Positions 11,964 to 21,290 are shown, numbered from the stretch's first letter. The stretch is DNA of 64,000 nt from an uncultured Collinsella sp. (GCA_902491395.1 CABUHO010000004.1:32049-96048), one strand, 5' to 3'. The notes: generated from the sequence alone by a model not told the origin. A program made the numbers and translations.

Positions 11964-11995
11964 GTGCCTCCGATGCGAAATAAATCGCTCAGATA

Positions 11996-12760
11996 TTACT
12001 GATAATCGACGACGTCGATCCAGTTCTTCAGGAACTCATCGTTCACGTTGCGCTTACGAGCGAGCTCGGAAGCGGCGACGATGCTCGTCCACTGACGCAC
12101 GACCTGCATGGGCATGTCGGCGCGGTCGCAGTAGAGCTCCAAGTAGGCCTCAGCCTGGTCCTTGCTGTTGAGGGCGAAGAGCAGGTAGGTGGTGGCAACG
12201 TCGGCAGCAGGGGAGCCCTGGGTGGCGTGTGCCCAGTCGCACACATAGAGCTGGCCGTCGTCGCCGACGATGACGTTGGAGGGGTTGAAGTCGCCGTGGC
12301 AGACCTTGAACTCCTTGGTCATGCCGTCCAGACGCTCCTGAAGGTTGTAGCGCGTGGTGGCATTGAGCTGATCAAGGCTGTCGATCATGCGGGCGAACTT
12401 GTCGCGCTGACGGTTGAGCAGCGGGGAGGTGTAGCCGTGGATCTCGATCTGGAGGTCGACGAACATCTCGAGATACTCACCAAAGCGCTGGGGCTCGGCA
12501 GTCATCTTCTCGGCAAGGGTGGTGCCCGGAACCTTCTCGGTCACGAGCGCCCAGCCGTTGGCGTTCTCGAGCTGGGAAACCTCGAGAGCCTTGGGGCTGC
12601 GGATGCCGCACTCATTGATGCGGGCAAGATTCAAAGCCTCGTTGAACACGTCGGAGACAGGCTTGGTCTCGTTAAAGACCTTGACGATCTTGTCGCCCAG
12701 GTCGTAAACGACCTTGTTGCCACGGCGGACGAGCTCGGTCTTGGAATCGGGTAGCAGCAT
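11996..12760 (-). CDS. Protein-kinase-like phosphotransferase (APH/choline kinase fold)
   Basis: IVKVF lysine, NEAL glutamate, HGDFNPSNV catalytic loop and CDW metal-binding motif; GAAAGGA RBS. Confidence 0.88.
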   Translation of the reverse strand: MLLPDSKTELVRRGNKVVYDLGDKIVKVFNETKPVSDVFNEALNLARINECGIRSPKALEVSQLENANGWALVTEKVPGTTLAEKMTAEPQRFGEYLEMFVDLQIEIHGYTSPLLNRQRDKFARMIDSLDQLNATTRYNLQERLDGMTKEFKVCHGDFNPSNVIVGDDGQLYVCDWAHATQGSPAADVATTYLLFALNSKDQAEAYLELYCDRADMPMQVVRQWTSIVAASELARKRNVNDEFLKNWIDVVDYQ

Positions 12761-12848
12761 GGTTGCATCCTTTCAACGATGCGATAGAAGCGACGGCGGG
12801 GGTGTGTGAAACACCCGTGCACCCCCGCCGTTAAAAACCGTGCTAAAA

Positions 12849-15497
12849 CTAGCAGACGGCGTAGTCCTGAGGCTCGCGGCCGTAGTAGGCGTCCAGGTAG
12901 AGCTCCTTGATCTCGCTCATGAGCGGGTAGCGCGGGTTGGCGCCGGTGCACTGGTCGTTGAATGCCTGCTCGGTCATCTCGTCGAGGGTGTCGAGGAAGT
13001 ACTGCTCGTCAACACCGTAGTCGGCGATGGTCTTCTTGACGCCGATGAAGTCCTTGAGCTCCTCGAGCTTCGTGATGAAGTTCTCGAAGACCTCCTTGTC
13101 GTCCTTGCCCTCGATGCCGCAGTACTTGGCCATCTCGGCGTAGTTGTGCAGCGCGTTGGGGTAAGGATACTGGGAGAAGGTACCCATCTTGACGGGAGCC
13201 TCGGCGGCGTTGTAGCGCATAACGCGGGTCAGGATGACGGCGTTGGCGAGGCCGTGGGGCAGGTGATGGAAGGCGCCGAGCTTGTGAGCCATGGAGTGGT
13301 TGAGGCCCAGGAAGGCGTTGGCGAAGGCCATACCGGCCATGCAAGAGGCGTTGTGCATCTCCTCGCGGGCATGCGGGTCCTTGGCGCCGTTCGTGAAGCT
13401 GGAGGGCAGGTTCTCGAAGACGAGCTTAGCAGCGCGCTCGGAGAGGCCCTTGGTGTAGTCGGAAGCCATGATGGAGACGTAGGACTCGATGGCGTGGGTC
13501 ATGACGTCGATGCCGGAGGCAGCGGTCAGGCCGCGCGGGGCGGTCATGCAGTTGTCGGCGTCGACGATAGCCATGTTGGGGAGCAGCGCGTAGTCGGCGA
13601 GCGGCCACTTGATGCCGGTCTCCTTGTCGGTGATGATGGCGAACGGCGTGCACTCGGAGCCGGTACCCGAAGAGGTCGGGACGGCGACGAAGTAGGCCTT
13701 CTTGCCCATCTCGGGGAAAGTGAAGATACGCTTGCGGATGTCCATGAAGTCCATGGCCATGTCCTCAAACTTGCACTCGGGGTGCTCGTACATCATCCAC
13801 ATGATCTTGCCGGCGTCCATAGCGGAGCCACCGCCGACGGCGATGATCACGTCAGGCTCAAAGAGAGCCATCTGCTTGGCGCCGCGACGTGCGCACTGCA
13901 GCGACGGATCGGGCTCGACGTCGTAGAAGCAGTCGTGGGCGATGCCCATCTCGTCGAGCTTGGCCTCGATGGCGCGGGTGTTGCCATTCTTGAAGAGGAA
14001 CTGGTCGGTGACGATGAAGGCGCGCTTCTTGCCCATGACGGTACCGAGCTCGTCGAGGGCGACGGGCGTGGAACCCTTCTTGAAGTAGACCTTCTCGGGA
14101 GCGCGGAACCACAGCATGTTCTCACGGCGCTCGGCCACAGTCTTAACGTTGATCAAGTGCTTCACCCCAACGTTCTCGGAGACGGAGTTGCCGCCCCAGG
14201 AGCCGCAGCCCAGGGTCAGAGACGGCTTCATGCCAAAGTTGTACAGGTCACCGATGCCGCCGTGCGAGGACGGGGTATTGATGACGATACGGCAGGCCTT
14301 CATGACGTGCTCGAACAGGCTGATCTTCTCGGCCTGGGCGGGGTGCACGTACAGAGAGGCGGTGTGGCCCGGGCCACCGGCGAGCACCAGGTGCTCGGCC
14401 TTGTCGACGGCCTCCTGGAAGTCCTTGGCGTGGTACATGGCCAGGACCGGGGAGAGCTTCTCGTGGGAGAACTCCTCCTTGGCGGGGTCGGTGGAGGTGA
14501 CCTCGGCGATCAGGATCTTGGTCTTGGCGGGAACCTCGATGCCTGCGAGCTCGGCGATCTTGGCGGCAGCCATGCCGGGGATGCGGTGATCGAGGGCGCC
14601 GTTCTTGAACATGGCGGCACGCAGGGCCTCCATCTCGGCACCCTGCTTGACGAAGTAGCAGCCGCGCTTCTGGAACTCGGCCTTAACCTGGTCATAGATG
14701 GTGTCGATGACGGTCACGGACTGCTCGGAAGCGCAGATCATGCCGTTGTCGAAGGTCTTGGAATGGATGATGGAGTTGACGGCGAGCAGCACGTCGGCGG
14801 TGTCGTCGATGATGACCGGGGTGTTACCGGCGCCAACGCCCAGGGCGGGCTTGCCCGAGGAGTAGGCGGCCTTGACCATGCCCGGGCCACCGGTGGCGAG
14901 GATGATGTCGACGTCGCGCATGACCATGTTGGTCAGCTCGATGGAGGGGACATCGACCCAGCCGATGATGCCCTCGGGGGCGCCGGCCTTGACGGCGGCG
15001 TCAAGCACGAGCTTGGCGGCGGCGATGGTGCACTTGGCGGCTGCCGGGTGCGGGGAGATGATGATGCCGTTGCGGGTCTTCAGGCTGATCAGCGTCTTGA
15101 AGATCGCGGTGGAGGTGGGGTTGGTCGTCGGGATGACGGCGCCCACGATGCCGATGGGCTCGGCGATCTTGGTGATGCCGTAGGCCTCGTCGCGCTCCAG
15201 GACACCACAGGTCTTGGTGTTCTTGTAAGCGTTGTAGATGTACTCTGCGGCGTAGTGGTTCTTGATGACCTTGTCCTCAAGAACGCCGCGGCCGGTCTCC
15301 TCGATGGCCATCTTCGCCAACGGGATACGAGCCTTGTTGGCGGCCATGGCGGCCTCGTAGAAGATCTTGTCGACCTGCTCCTGCGTGTACGTAGCAAAAA
15401 GCGCCTGGGCCTCTCGCATCTGAGCGAGCTTAGCCTCAAGCGCCTCTACGTTGTCCACAATTGCGGGAGTAGTGTTTTCCGGTGACTTTTTCACCAT
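12849..15497 (-). CDS. adhE: Bifunctional acetaldehyde-CoA/alcohol dehydrogenase
   Basis: PTTNPTST, SKTFDNGMICASEQ, LTLGCGSWGGNSVSENV linker, GGGSAMDAGK and HSMAHKLGAFHHLPHG motifs. Confidence 0.98.
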   Translation of the reverse strand: MVKKSPENTTPAIVDNVEALEAKLAQMREAQALFATYTQEQVDKIFYEAAMAANKARIPLAKMAIEETGRGVLEDKVIKNHYAAEYIYNAYKNTKTCGVLERDEAYGITKIAEPIGIVGAVIPTTNPTSTAIFKTLISLKTRNGIIISPHPAAAKCTIAAAKLVLDAAVKAGAPEGIIGWVDVPSIELTNMVMRDVDIILATGGPGMVKAAYSSGKPALGVGAGNTPVIIDDTADVLLAVNSIIHSKTFDNGMICASEQSVTVIDTIYDQVKAEFQKRGCYFVKQGAEMEALRAAMFKNGALDHRIPGMAAAKIAELAGIEVPAKTKILIAEVTSTDPAKEEFSHEKLSPVLAMYHAKDFQEAVDKAEHLVLAGGPGHTASLYVHPAQAEKISLFEHVMKACRIVINTPSSHGGIGDLYNFGMKPSLTLGCGSWGGNSVSENVGVKHLINVKTVAERRENMLWFRAPEKVYFKKGSTPVALDELGTVMGKKRAFIVTDQFLFKNGNTRAIEAKLDEMGIAHDCFYDVEPDPSLQCARRGAKQMALFEPDVIIAVGGGSAMDAGKIMWMMYEHPECKFEDMAMDFMDIRKRIFTFPEMGKKAYFVAVPTSSGTGSECTPFAIITDKETGIKWPLADYALLPNMAIVDADNCMTAPRGLTAASGIDVMTHAIESYVSIMASDYTKGLSERAAKLVFENLPSSFTNGAKDPHAREEMHNASCMAGMAFANAFLGLNHSMAHKLGAFHHLPHGLANAVILTRVMRYNAAEAPVKMGTFSQYPYPNALHNYAEMAKYCGIEGKDDKEVFENFITKLEELKDFIGVKKTIADYGVDEQYFLDTLDEMTEQAFNDQCTGANPRYPLMSEIKELYLDAYYGREPQDYAVC

Positions 15498-15589
15498 TTG
15501 TGTCTCCTTGCGATCGGAGATTTACCCTACGTCTTGCATGATAGCAAGAAATTATTCGGCGAACGGTCAGATTCCCGTAAAAGGCATAC

Positions 15590-15619
15590 TAAAACGCTTC
15601 AAATAACTGAAGCGTTTTA
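15590..15619. promoter_or_regulatory. Perfect 12-bp inverted repeat upstream of adhE (candidate operator)
   Basis: TAAAACGCTTCA-aataac-TGAAGCGTTTTA. Confidence 0.6.
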
Positions 15620-15648
15620 ACTAAAACAATCTGCCTACTGCATCGCCT

Positions 15649-15747
15649 CACTCATTGGGGACAGACTTACATGAGTGCTTTCACTCATTGGGGACAGACA
15701 TATATGAGTGATTTCACGCGTGGGGGACAGACATGGGTTTGACATTT
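15649..15747 (+). repeat. REP-like array 1 (three units, 33-bp period)
   Basis: cactcat-TGGGGACAGACTTAC-atgagtg at 15649 and a variant at 15682; degenerate third unit at 15715. Confidence 0.92.
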
Positions 15748-15780
15748 GCGTAAAGCATTGGGAAGCCCCGGCTAAACAGG

Positions 15781-15824
15781 GGCGGCCCCGCAGTATCACC
15801 GATACGTGATGCTGCGGGGCCGCC
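15781..15824. terminator. Strong hairpin downstream of the ABC permease gene
   Basis: ggcggccccgcagtatcac / gtgatgctgcggggccgcc. Confidence 0.7.
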
Positions 15825-15879
15825 TTCTTCGTTGCCTTACGTTCTCCCAAGGGGCTACGCTCGCGCGTCGGATGGGCGA

Positions 15880-18800
15880 CTACTCCACGGACTTGAGCGC
15901 CTCGAGCATGTCGACGCGCGACAGGCGCCGCAGCTCCACAAAGAACAGCGCTATGGTGATGGTGCAGATCACCACCGCGGGCACCGCAAACTCAATCACC
16001 GCAAGCTCGGGGTTGAACATAACCGTGTCGGGCGGAACGACATCCAAAATGTACTGGTGTAGCGCCACGCCGAGCACATAGCCGGCAAGGATGCCTAGAG
16101 CCGTGAGACAGATGGTCTCGCGATAGATGTACATCGTGGTCTCGTTGGAATGGAAGCCCAGGACCTTGATGGTCGAAAGCTCGCGCATACGCTCCGACAC
16201 GTTGAGGTTGGTGAGGTTGTACATAATCACCACTGCAAGCATCGCGGAGACGATGATGAGCACGGTCATGATCATGTCGAGGGAGTCGACCACGGTGTCG
16301 ACCTGCTCTTGAAGCGCCGTGTTCTGCACCACGGACTTCACGCCGGCGAGCTGCATGAAGGCGCTGGCTTTTTTCTCCACGCTCTTGAGGCCGCTGTCCT
16401 TGAGGCACACGAGCTCGGCGTTGGCGTCAAAATCCTCGCCATAGCACGACTCATAGGCTCTGCGGCTCATATAGATGAAATGCCCCATGTACATCTCGCA
16501 TACGCCGCTGACCTTTACCGAGCGCTCCGTACCGTCCTCGGCGCTAAACGTGAACGTGTCACCCACGCCGATGCCCAACAGGTTCGCAAGACGCTCCGAG
16601 ATGACGGCTCCGTCGCCATCAACCTCAAGACTGTTGTCGCTCTTTCGGTCCACCAGGCTTACATAGTCATCGAACGAACCACTGTCCCTGGGCACGAGCA
16701 GGGTGATCTCCTGGGTGTCGCCATTGGCACCCGCCGCGCGGGTCACCGACTCGTAGTGCAGCTTCACATGAGATTTCACATCCGACGTGCTCAGAAGTTT
16801 CTCCTCCTTCTTGAGCTGTGCGTCGGTTGCCATGGAGGAGTTGGCCACAATCATGTCGTATTTGATGATGTCGCCAAACTGACGGTCGGCCATCTCCTGG
16901 ATTGAATGCTGCACGCCAAAACCTGCCACGAGCATGCAGCTTGCGCCGGCAACGCCGAGCACCGTCATGAGCATGCGCTGTTTGTAGCGGAAGAGGTTGC
17001 GCGCCGTCACCTTATGAGTGAATGACATGCGCTCCCACACAAAGCCAATGCGCTCGAGCATGATCTTGGAGCCGCCCGCGGGAGGTTTGGGCAGTAGCAG
17101 GCGCGCGGGCTTCTCGGCGAGTTCTCGTCGTGCGGCGATGAGTGCCGGCAGGACCGAGCAAAGGCCCGCGAGCGCGATGGCCACCAGCGATACGAGCGGG
17201 TGGAAACCCAGGTGGATCGGCGGCAGTGTGAACGCATCGCCATAGGCGGAGTACACGATCCAGGGTAGCAGAGTGTGTCCGAGCGCTATGCCCGCAAGCG
17301 TTCCCAGACCGCCGGCAAGCGCGCCGTAGACCGTGAATTTGAGCACGATGTCGCTATCGGAGTAGCCGAGTGCCTTGAGCGTACCCGAGTTGATGCGCTC
17401 CTCGTCGACCATGCGCGTCATGGTGGAAAGCGTTACGAGCGCGGCCACCAGGTAGAGCAGCACCGGGAAGACCCGTGCGAGCGAGTCAACAATTTCGGAC
17501 ACGGTATCGTAGGTTCTATAGGCCTCGGAGCCTAGCGTTTCGCGACGGGTACCGGTGTCGTAGGTGGGCTGGGAAAGCTTTGCCAGGCGGTCCCGGGCGC
17601 TTTTGAGCTCCGACTCGACATCGGCGATCTTTTCCTCGGCATCCGGGAGCTTCTCGTCATACTCGGCCTTTTTGGCGGTGTATTCGGCAAGGCCGTCTTG
17701 GTATTCGGCCATCTTGGAGGCCAGGGTCTCGCGTGCGGATGCGAGCTGGCTGCGTGCGGAGGCGAGCTCCGAGGCCTTTGCCGCGAGCGTCTGGCGCGAA
17801 GCGCTGAGCGTCTGGACGCCCTCGTTGTATTCGGCACGCCCCTGTGCGATCCGGGTCGCAGCCGCCTCCCATTGCGCAAGACCGTCTTCATAGGAGGCTT
17901 TGCTCTGGTTGTAGGTAGCCACGCCCTGTTCGTACTCAGCGTTCTTTGCGTTCAGCTCATTTCGTGCCGCCGTGAGATTTTGCTCTCCCTGGCCTATCTG
18001 TGCTCGGGCGGATTCGACATCACCGGCAACCGAGTCCAGATAGGCTTCTGTTTCGGCAACCTGGACACGGGCGGCCTCGACCTCCTCCGCCTTGGCGTCA
18101 AGCTCGGCCTCGGCGGCGTCAAGCTCGGCAGTCTTTTGCGCGATTTCCTCACGACCGGCGGCAACCTGTGTGCGGCCGTCGTCGTAGGCCTTGATGGCGG
18201 TGTTCATGGAATCGATCTGGCCTTGCGTCTGCTCGCATGTCCGGAGCGCCGCATCAAGCGTCGTCTCTTCTGTCTTGATGGCCGCCTCAAGGGCCTTTTT
18301 CTTTATGGGACTAGTCTCGGCATTGTACTGGTCTCTAAGCTCGGCGATGTGGTTCTCGAGCTCTGTGCAGGTCTGCTGCGCGCTCTCAAGGGTCGCCTCA
18401 AGTGTGGGCAATGCCTGGCGCATGAGCTCGACCTGATCCTCCTTGCTGTCGAGTTCCGCCTCCGCGGCATCGAGCTCGGCCGCGTTCTTTGCTATGGCCT
18501 CACGGCCGGCAGCGACCTGTGCGCGTCCGTCGTCGTAGGCTTGAATCTGCTTCTTTGCTTCACCGACCTGCTCGCGGGCGGTATCGTAGCCGGCCACCTG
18601 CTGCTTTGCCGCGTCGAGTTCGGCTTGTTTGGTGTCGATGGTTGCGGCCCCCTTATTGAGGGCGTCCTTCGCGCTTGCGAGTTCACGTTGGGCCGCTTCG
18701 AGTTGTGACGCGGCTGCATCGAGTTGCAAGCGGTTTGCGTCGAGCTCGGCCTGCCCCTGGATAATCTGCTCGCCAGCCGCATCGAGCTGGGCTTGGGCGT

Positions 18801-19821
18801 TTTCTATCTGGGTCTGCGCGCTTGCGATCTGGGCGGCACCGTCATCTACCTGAGCTTGTGCGCTCGCGATCTGTGCTTGCCCGTCTGCGATCTGGGCAGC
18901 GCCGTCGTCGAGCTGCGCCTTGACATCACCAAGCTGCTGCCTAGCATCGTTGAGCTCGGCTTTTGCATCGTCGACCTGGGCTTGGCCGTCGTCGATCTTT
19001 TCCTGCGCCTCTGCCTTTACCGTGGCCAGTCGCTTGGAGGGTCGGCCTTTGAGCAACTTTTCGAGCTCGTCCTTATGGTCGGCCACGGCATCGCGGTATT
19101 CGTTTGAGTAGGGGTCCATATCCCGCGTGTCGGTATACGCGAGGCGCGCGGTCATAAAGACATCGGAGTCAAAGACCTGGCGCTGCACGCAGGCGTAGCC
19201 CTTGAGCGTGCCGGTGCCTGCCGTAGATTGCCCCATGTTGACGATCGAGATGATCTCGGGCGAGTTAACGTGTCCGACCACCTTGAACGTATCTCGCGTG
19301 AGGCAGGTGCTGTCGTTGAGCTCGTTTGCCTTCTCAGTGACTTTGATGGTGGAGCCGATGGGGTAGTCCTCGGCAAGTCCCGAGTCGATCGCAATCTCGT
19401 TTTTGGCGGAGGGCATATGTCCGTCAACGAGTTCAAGCTGCGAAATGTCCGCAGGTTCGCTCAACACGCGCACGGCGTCGGTGGTACCGCGAACGGTTAC
19501 GTCCTTAAAGTAGCCAAACTCAACCTCATCGGTGCCCGTGGCCTGTTTGATCGTAGCAACGTCTTCCTTGTCCAGACCGTAGTCGCTTACCACGGTGAGG
19601 TCCGCGAGACGGTAATCGTCAAAGTAGCGCTGGCCCGTCTCACGCATGTCCGGACCTGCGACAAAGAGGCCCACGAGCGCAAACGAGCCCAAGAGCATGA
19701 GCATGAATATCGCAACAAAGCGGCCTTTGGAATGCGCGATAGAACGCCAGACGTCTTTCCAGAGCGCTGTCTTGCGCGGCATGGGTCCCGAATCTGTTCG
19801 CATGTGCTTCACCTCTACCAC
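15880..19821 (-). CDS. FtsX/MacB-type ABC exporter permease with long coiled-coil extracellular region
   Basis: N-terminal TM; two FtsX-like repeats (TMTRMVDEERINSGTLKALGY; NVSERMRELSTIKVLGF); ~480-aa A/Q/E-rich heptad region. Confidence 0.92.
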   Translation of the reverse strand: MVEVKHMRTDSGPMPRKTALWKDVWRSIAHSKGRFVAIFMLMLLGSFALVGLFVAGPDMRETGQRYFDDYRLADLTVVSDYGLDKEDVATIKQATGTDEVEFGYFKDVTVRGTTDAVRVLSEPADISQLELVDGHMPSAKNEIAIDSGLAEDYPIGSTIKVTEKANELNDSTCLTRDTFKVVGHVNSPEIISIVNMGQSTAGTGTLKGYACVQRQVFDSDVFMTARLAYTDTRDMDPYSNEYRDAVADHKDELEKLLKGRPSKRLATVKAEAQEKIDDGQAQVDDAKAELNDARQQLGDVKAQLDDGAAQIADGQAQIASAQAQVDDGAAQIASAQTQIENAQAQLDAAGEQIIQGQAELDANRLQLDAAASQLEAAQRELASAKDALNKGAATIDTKQAELDAAKQQVAGYDTAREQVGEAKKQIQAYDDGRAQVAAGREAIAKNAAELDAAEAELDSKEDQVELMRQALPTLEATLESAQQTCTELENHIAELRDQYNAETSPIKKKALEAAIKTEETTLDAALRTCEQTQGQIDSMNTAIKAYDDGRTQVAAGREEIAQKTAELDAAEAELDAKAEEVEAARVQVAETEAYLDSVAGDVESARAQIGQGEQNLTAARNELNAKNAEYEQGVATYNQSKASYEDGLAQWEAAATRIAQGRAEYNEGVQTLSASRQTLAAKASELASARSQLASARETLASKMAEYQDGLAEYTAKKAEYDEKLPDAEEKIADVESELKSARDRLAKLSQPTYDTGTRRETLGSEAYRTYDTVSEIVDSLARVFPVLLYLVAALVTLSTMTRMVDEERINSGTLKALGYSDSDIVLKFTVYGALAGGLGTLAGIALGHTLLPWIVYSAYGDAFTLPPIHLGFHPLVSLVAIALAGLCSVLPALIAARRELAEKPARLLLPKPPAGGSKIMLERIGFVWERMSFTHKVTARNLFRYKQRMLMTVLGVAGASCMLVAGFGVQHSIQEMADRQFGDIIKYDMIVANSSMATDAQLKKEEKLLSTSDVKSHVKLHYESVTRAAGANGDTQEITLLVPRDSGSFDDYVSLVDRKSDNSLEVDGDGAVISERLANLLGIGVGDTFTFSAEDGTERSVKVSGVCEMYMGHFIYMSRRAYESCYGEDFDANAELVCLKDSGLKSVEKKASAFMQLAGVKSVVQNTALQEQVDTVVDSLDMIMTVLIIVSAMLAVVIMYNLTNLNVSERMRELSTIKVLGFHSNETTMYIYRETICLTALGILAGYVLGVALHQYILDVVPPDTVMFNPELAVIEFAVPAVVICTITIALFFVELRRLSRVDMLEALKSVE

Positions 19822-20516
19822 TCGATCTCGGTGATGGGCGTGGGTTTACGATTGATCTCTATCGCCTGAACGCGCGCGTCGTGCATGCGGATCACGCGGT
19901 CGGCAATGGGTGCGATCGCCGCATTGTGCGTGACGATGATGACGGTGGCGCCCTGCCTGCGGCTCATATCCTCTAGGATCTGGAGCACCTGTTTGCCCGT
20001 GCGGTAATCGAGCGCGCCCGTTGGTTCATCGCAAAGCAAGATTTTGGGGTTCTTGGCTACGGCGCGCGCAATTGCCACGCGCTGCTGCTCGCCGCCCGAA
20101 AGCTGAGCGGGAAAGTTTACCATGCGTTCTCCGAGGCCCACGCTGCGCAGAACCTCCTCGGGGTCAGATGCGTTGCGCACGATCTGGCTCGCGAGCTCCA
20201 CGTTCTCCTTGGCCGTGAGGTTTGAGACCAGGTTGTAGAACTGGAACACAAAACCCACGTCCGTGCGGCGGTAGTCGGTGAGCTGATGTGAGTTGTACTG
20301 CGCGATGTCCTTGCCATCGATGACGACCGAGCCCTCCGAGGCTGTGTCCATGCCGCCGAGGATGTTGAGCAGCGTGGACTTGCCGGCACCGGAGGAGCCC
20401 AGGATCACCACGAGCTCGCCCTTTTCGACTGTGAAGCTCACGTCGTTGTTTGCCAGAATCTCGGTCGAGCCGCTCTGGTAGCGTTTGGTCTCGTGCGTGA
20501 CCTCGATGTAAGCCAT
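19815..20516 (-). CDS. ABC transporter ATP-binding protein (LolD/MacB type)
   Basis: Walker [17 protein letters not shown] signature, [11 protein letters not shown] and H-loop; AAGGAG RBS. Confidence 0.96.
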   Translation of the reverse strand: MAYIEVTHETKRYQSGSTEILANNDVSFTVEKGELVVILGSSGAGKSTLLNILGGMDTASEGSVVIDGKDIAQYNSHQLTDYRRTDVGFVFQFYNLVSNLTAKENVELASQIVRNASDPEEVLRSVGLGERMVNFPAQLSGGEQQRVAIARAVAKNPKILLCDEPTGALDYRTGKQVLQILEDMSRRQGATVIIVTHNAAIAPIADRVIRMHDARVQAIEINRKPTPITEIEW

Positions 20517-20523
20517 ATACACT

Positions 20524-20620
20524 CCTTAAATGAACAACGTGTTGACTAAAAACTGAAAACATTCTAGTCTTGATGCTGTGAGTTTCAATGAGCAATAATC
20601 AACAGGTTGTTCATTTAAGG
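20524..20620. promoter_or_regulatory. Divergent promoter region with paired TetR operators
   Basis: CCTTAAATGAACAACGTGTTGA (20524-20545) and TCAACAGGTTGTTCATTTAAGG (20599-20620) are inverted copies matching at 21/22. Confidence 0.8.
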
Positions 20621-20640
20621 TGTTTGAACAGGAGTTTTCT

Positions 20641-21249
20641 ATGTCAGGAGAACGCGCGGAGCGGACTCGTCAGACGAGGCGCCGCATCAAGGAGGCCCTT
20701 GTTGAGTTGATTGCCGAGAAGGGCTTTGATTCGCTGACGGTCTCGGATGTTACTCGTCGTGCGCATATCAATCGCGGCACATTCTACCTGCACTTTACCG
20801 ATAAATATGACATGATGGCCAAGCTCGAGGACGAACTCATAGCGCGCCTTGAACAGGTTTTACTGCAAGAGGGGGACGAACCTCATGACCCCCGGGACCT
20901 GTTTCCCTATGAGAGGCTCCTGCCGGCGCTTGAGCTTGTTGCGCAAGACATCGATTTCGTCCGCGCTGTGGCGGGGCGCGGGGGAGATCCTGAGTTTTCG
21001 TCCAAGCTCAGGTCGGTCATCGAGGGCCTGTTTGCCCAGGGGCTTGAGCGCTCGGACTGCACCCTGCGCGACGATGACGAGCTTCCCCTGGTTTACGCGC
21101 GCGAGCTCGCGCTTAGCCACGTGCTAACGATCATCAATCTCTGGCTCGAACGTGGCGGTACCGAATCTCCCGAGCAGCTCGCCCGCATCATCGTTGGCGC
21201 AAAAGACGTCAGCCCCGCCAGCCTACTCATTGGGGACAGACTTACATGA
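20641..21249 (+). CDS. TetR/AcrR family transcriptional regulator
   Basis: EKGFDSLTVSDVTRRAHINRGTFYLHFTDKYD HTH; divergent from the ABC genes; AGGAG RBS. Confidence 0.95.
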   Translation: MSGERAERTRQTRRRIKEALVELIAEKGFDSLTVSDVTRRAHINRGTFYLHFTDKYDMMAKLEDELIARLEQVLLQEGDEPHDPRDLFPYERLLPALELVAQDIDFVRAVAGRGGDPEFSSKLRSVIEGLFAQGLERSDCTLRDDDELPLVYARELALSHVLTIINLWLERGGTESPEQLARIIVGAKDVSPASLLIGDRLT

Positions 21250-21290
21250 GTGTTTCCACTCATTTGGGACAGACATGGATTTGCAATTTT
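21225..21290 (+). repeat. REP-like array 2 (two units), left flank of RAYT
   Basis: actcat-TGGGGACAGACTTAC-atgagtg-tttc-cactcat-TTGGGACAGACATGG; same unit and tail as array 1. Confidence 0.92.

Noticed and set aside
11996..12760. Aminoglycoside resistance gene
   Set aside because: Only the kinase fold is shared; host-like codon bias and linkage to adhE argue for a housekeeping role.
12840..15485. Long antisense ORFs (also 1600-3102, 35797-37626, 41204-43558, 47794-50097, 51385-53241, 62676-63998)
   Set aside because: These are shadow frames of strongly GC3-biased genes, with no RBS or recognisable motifs.
15498..15630. Rex operator upstream of adhE
   Set aside because: No TTGTGAA-N4-TTCACAA-like match was found.
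15649..15747. 33-bp periodic repeats as a CRISPR array
   Set aside because: Units are separated by only 4-nt linkers with no unique spacers, there are no cas genes, and the association is with a RAYT gene.
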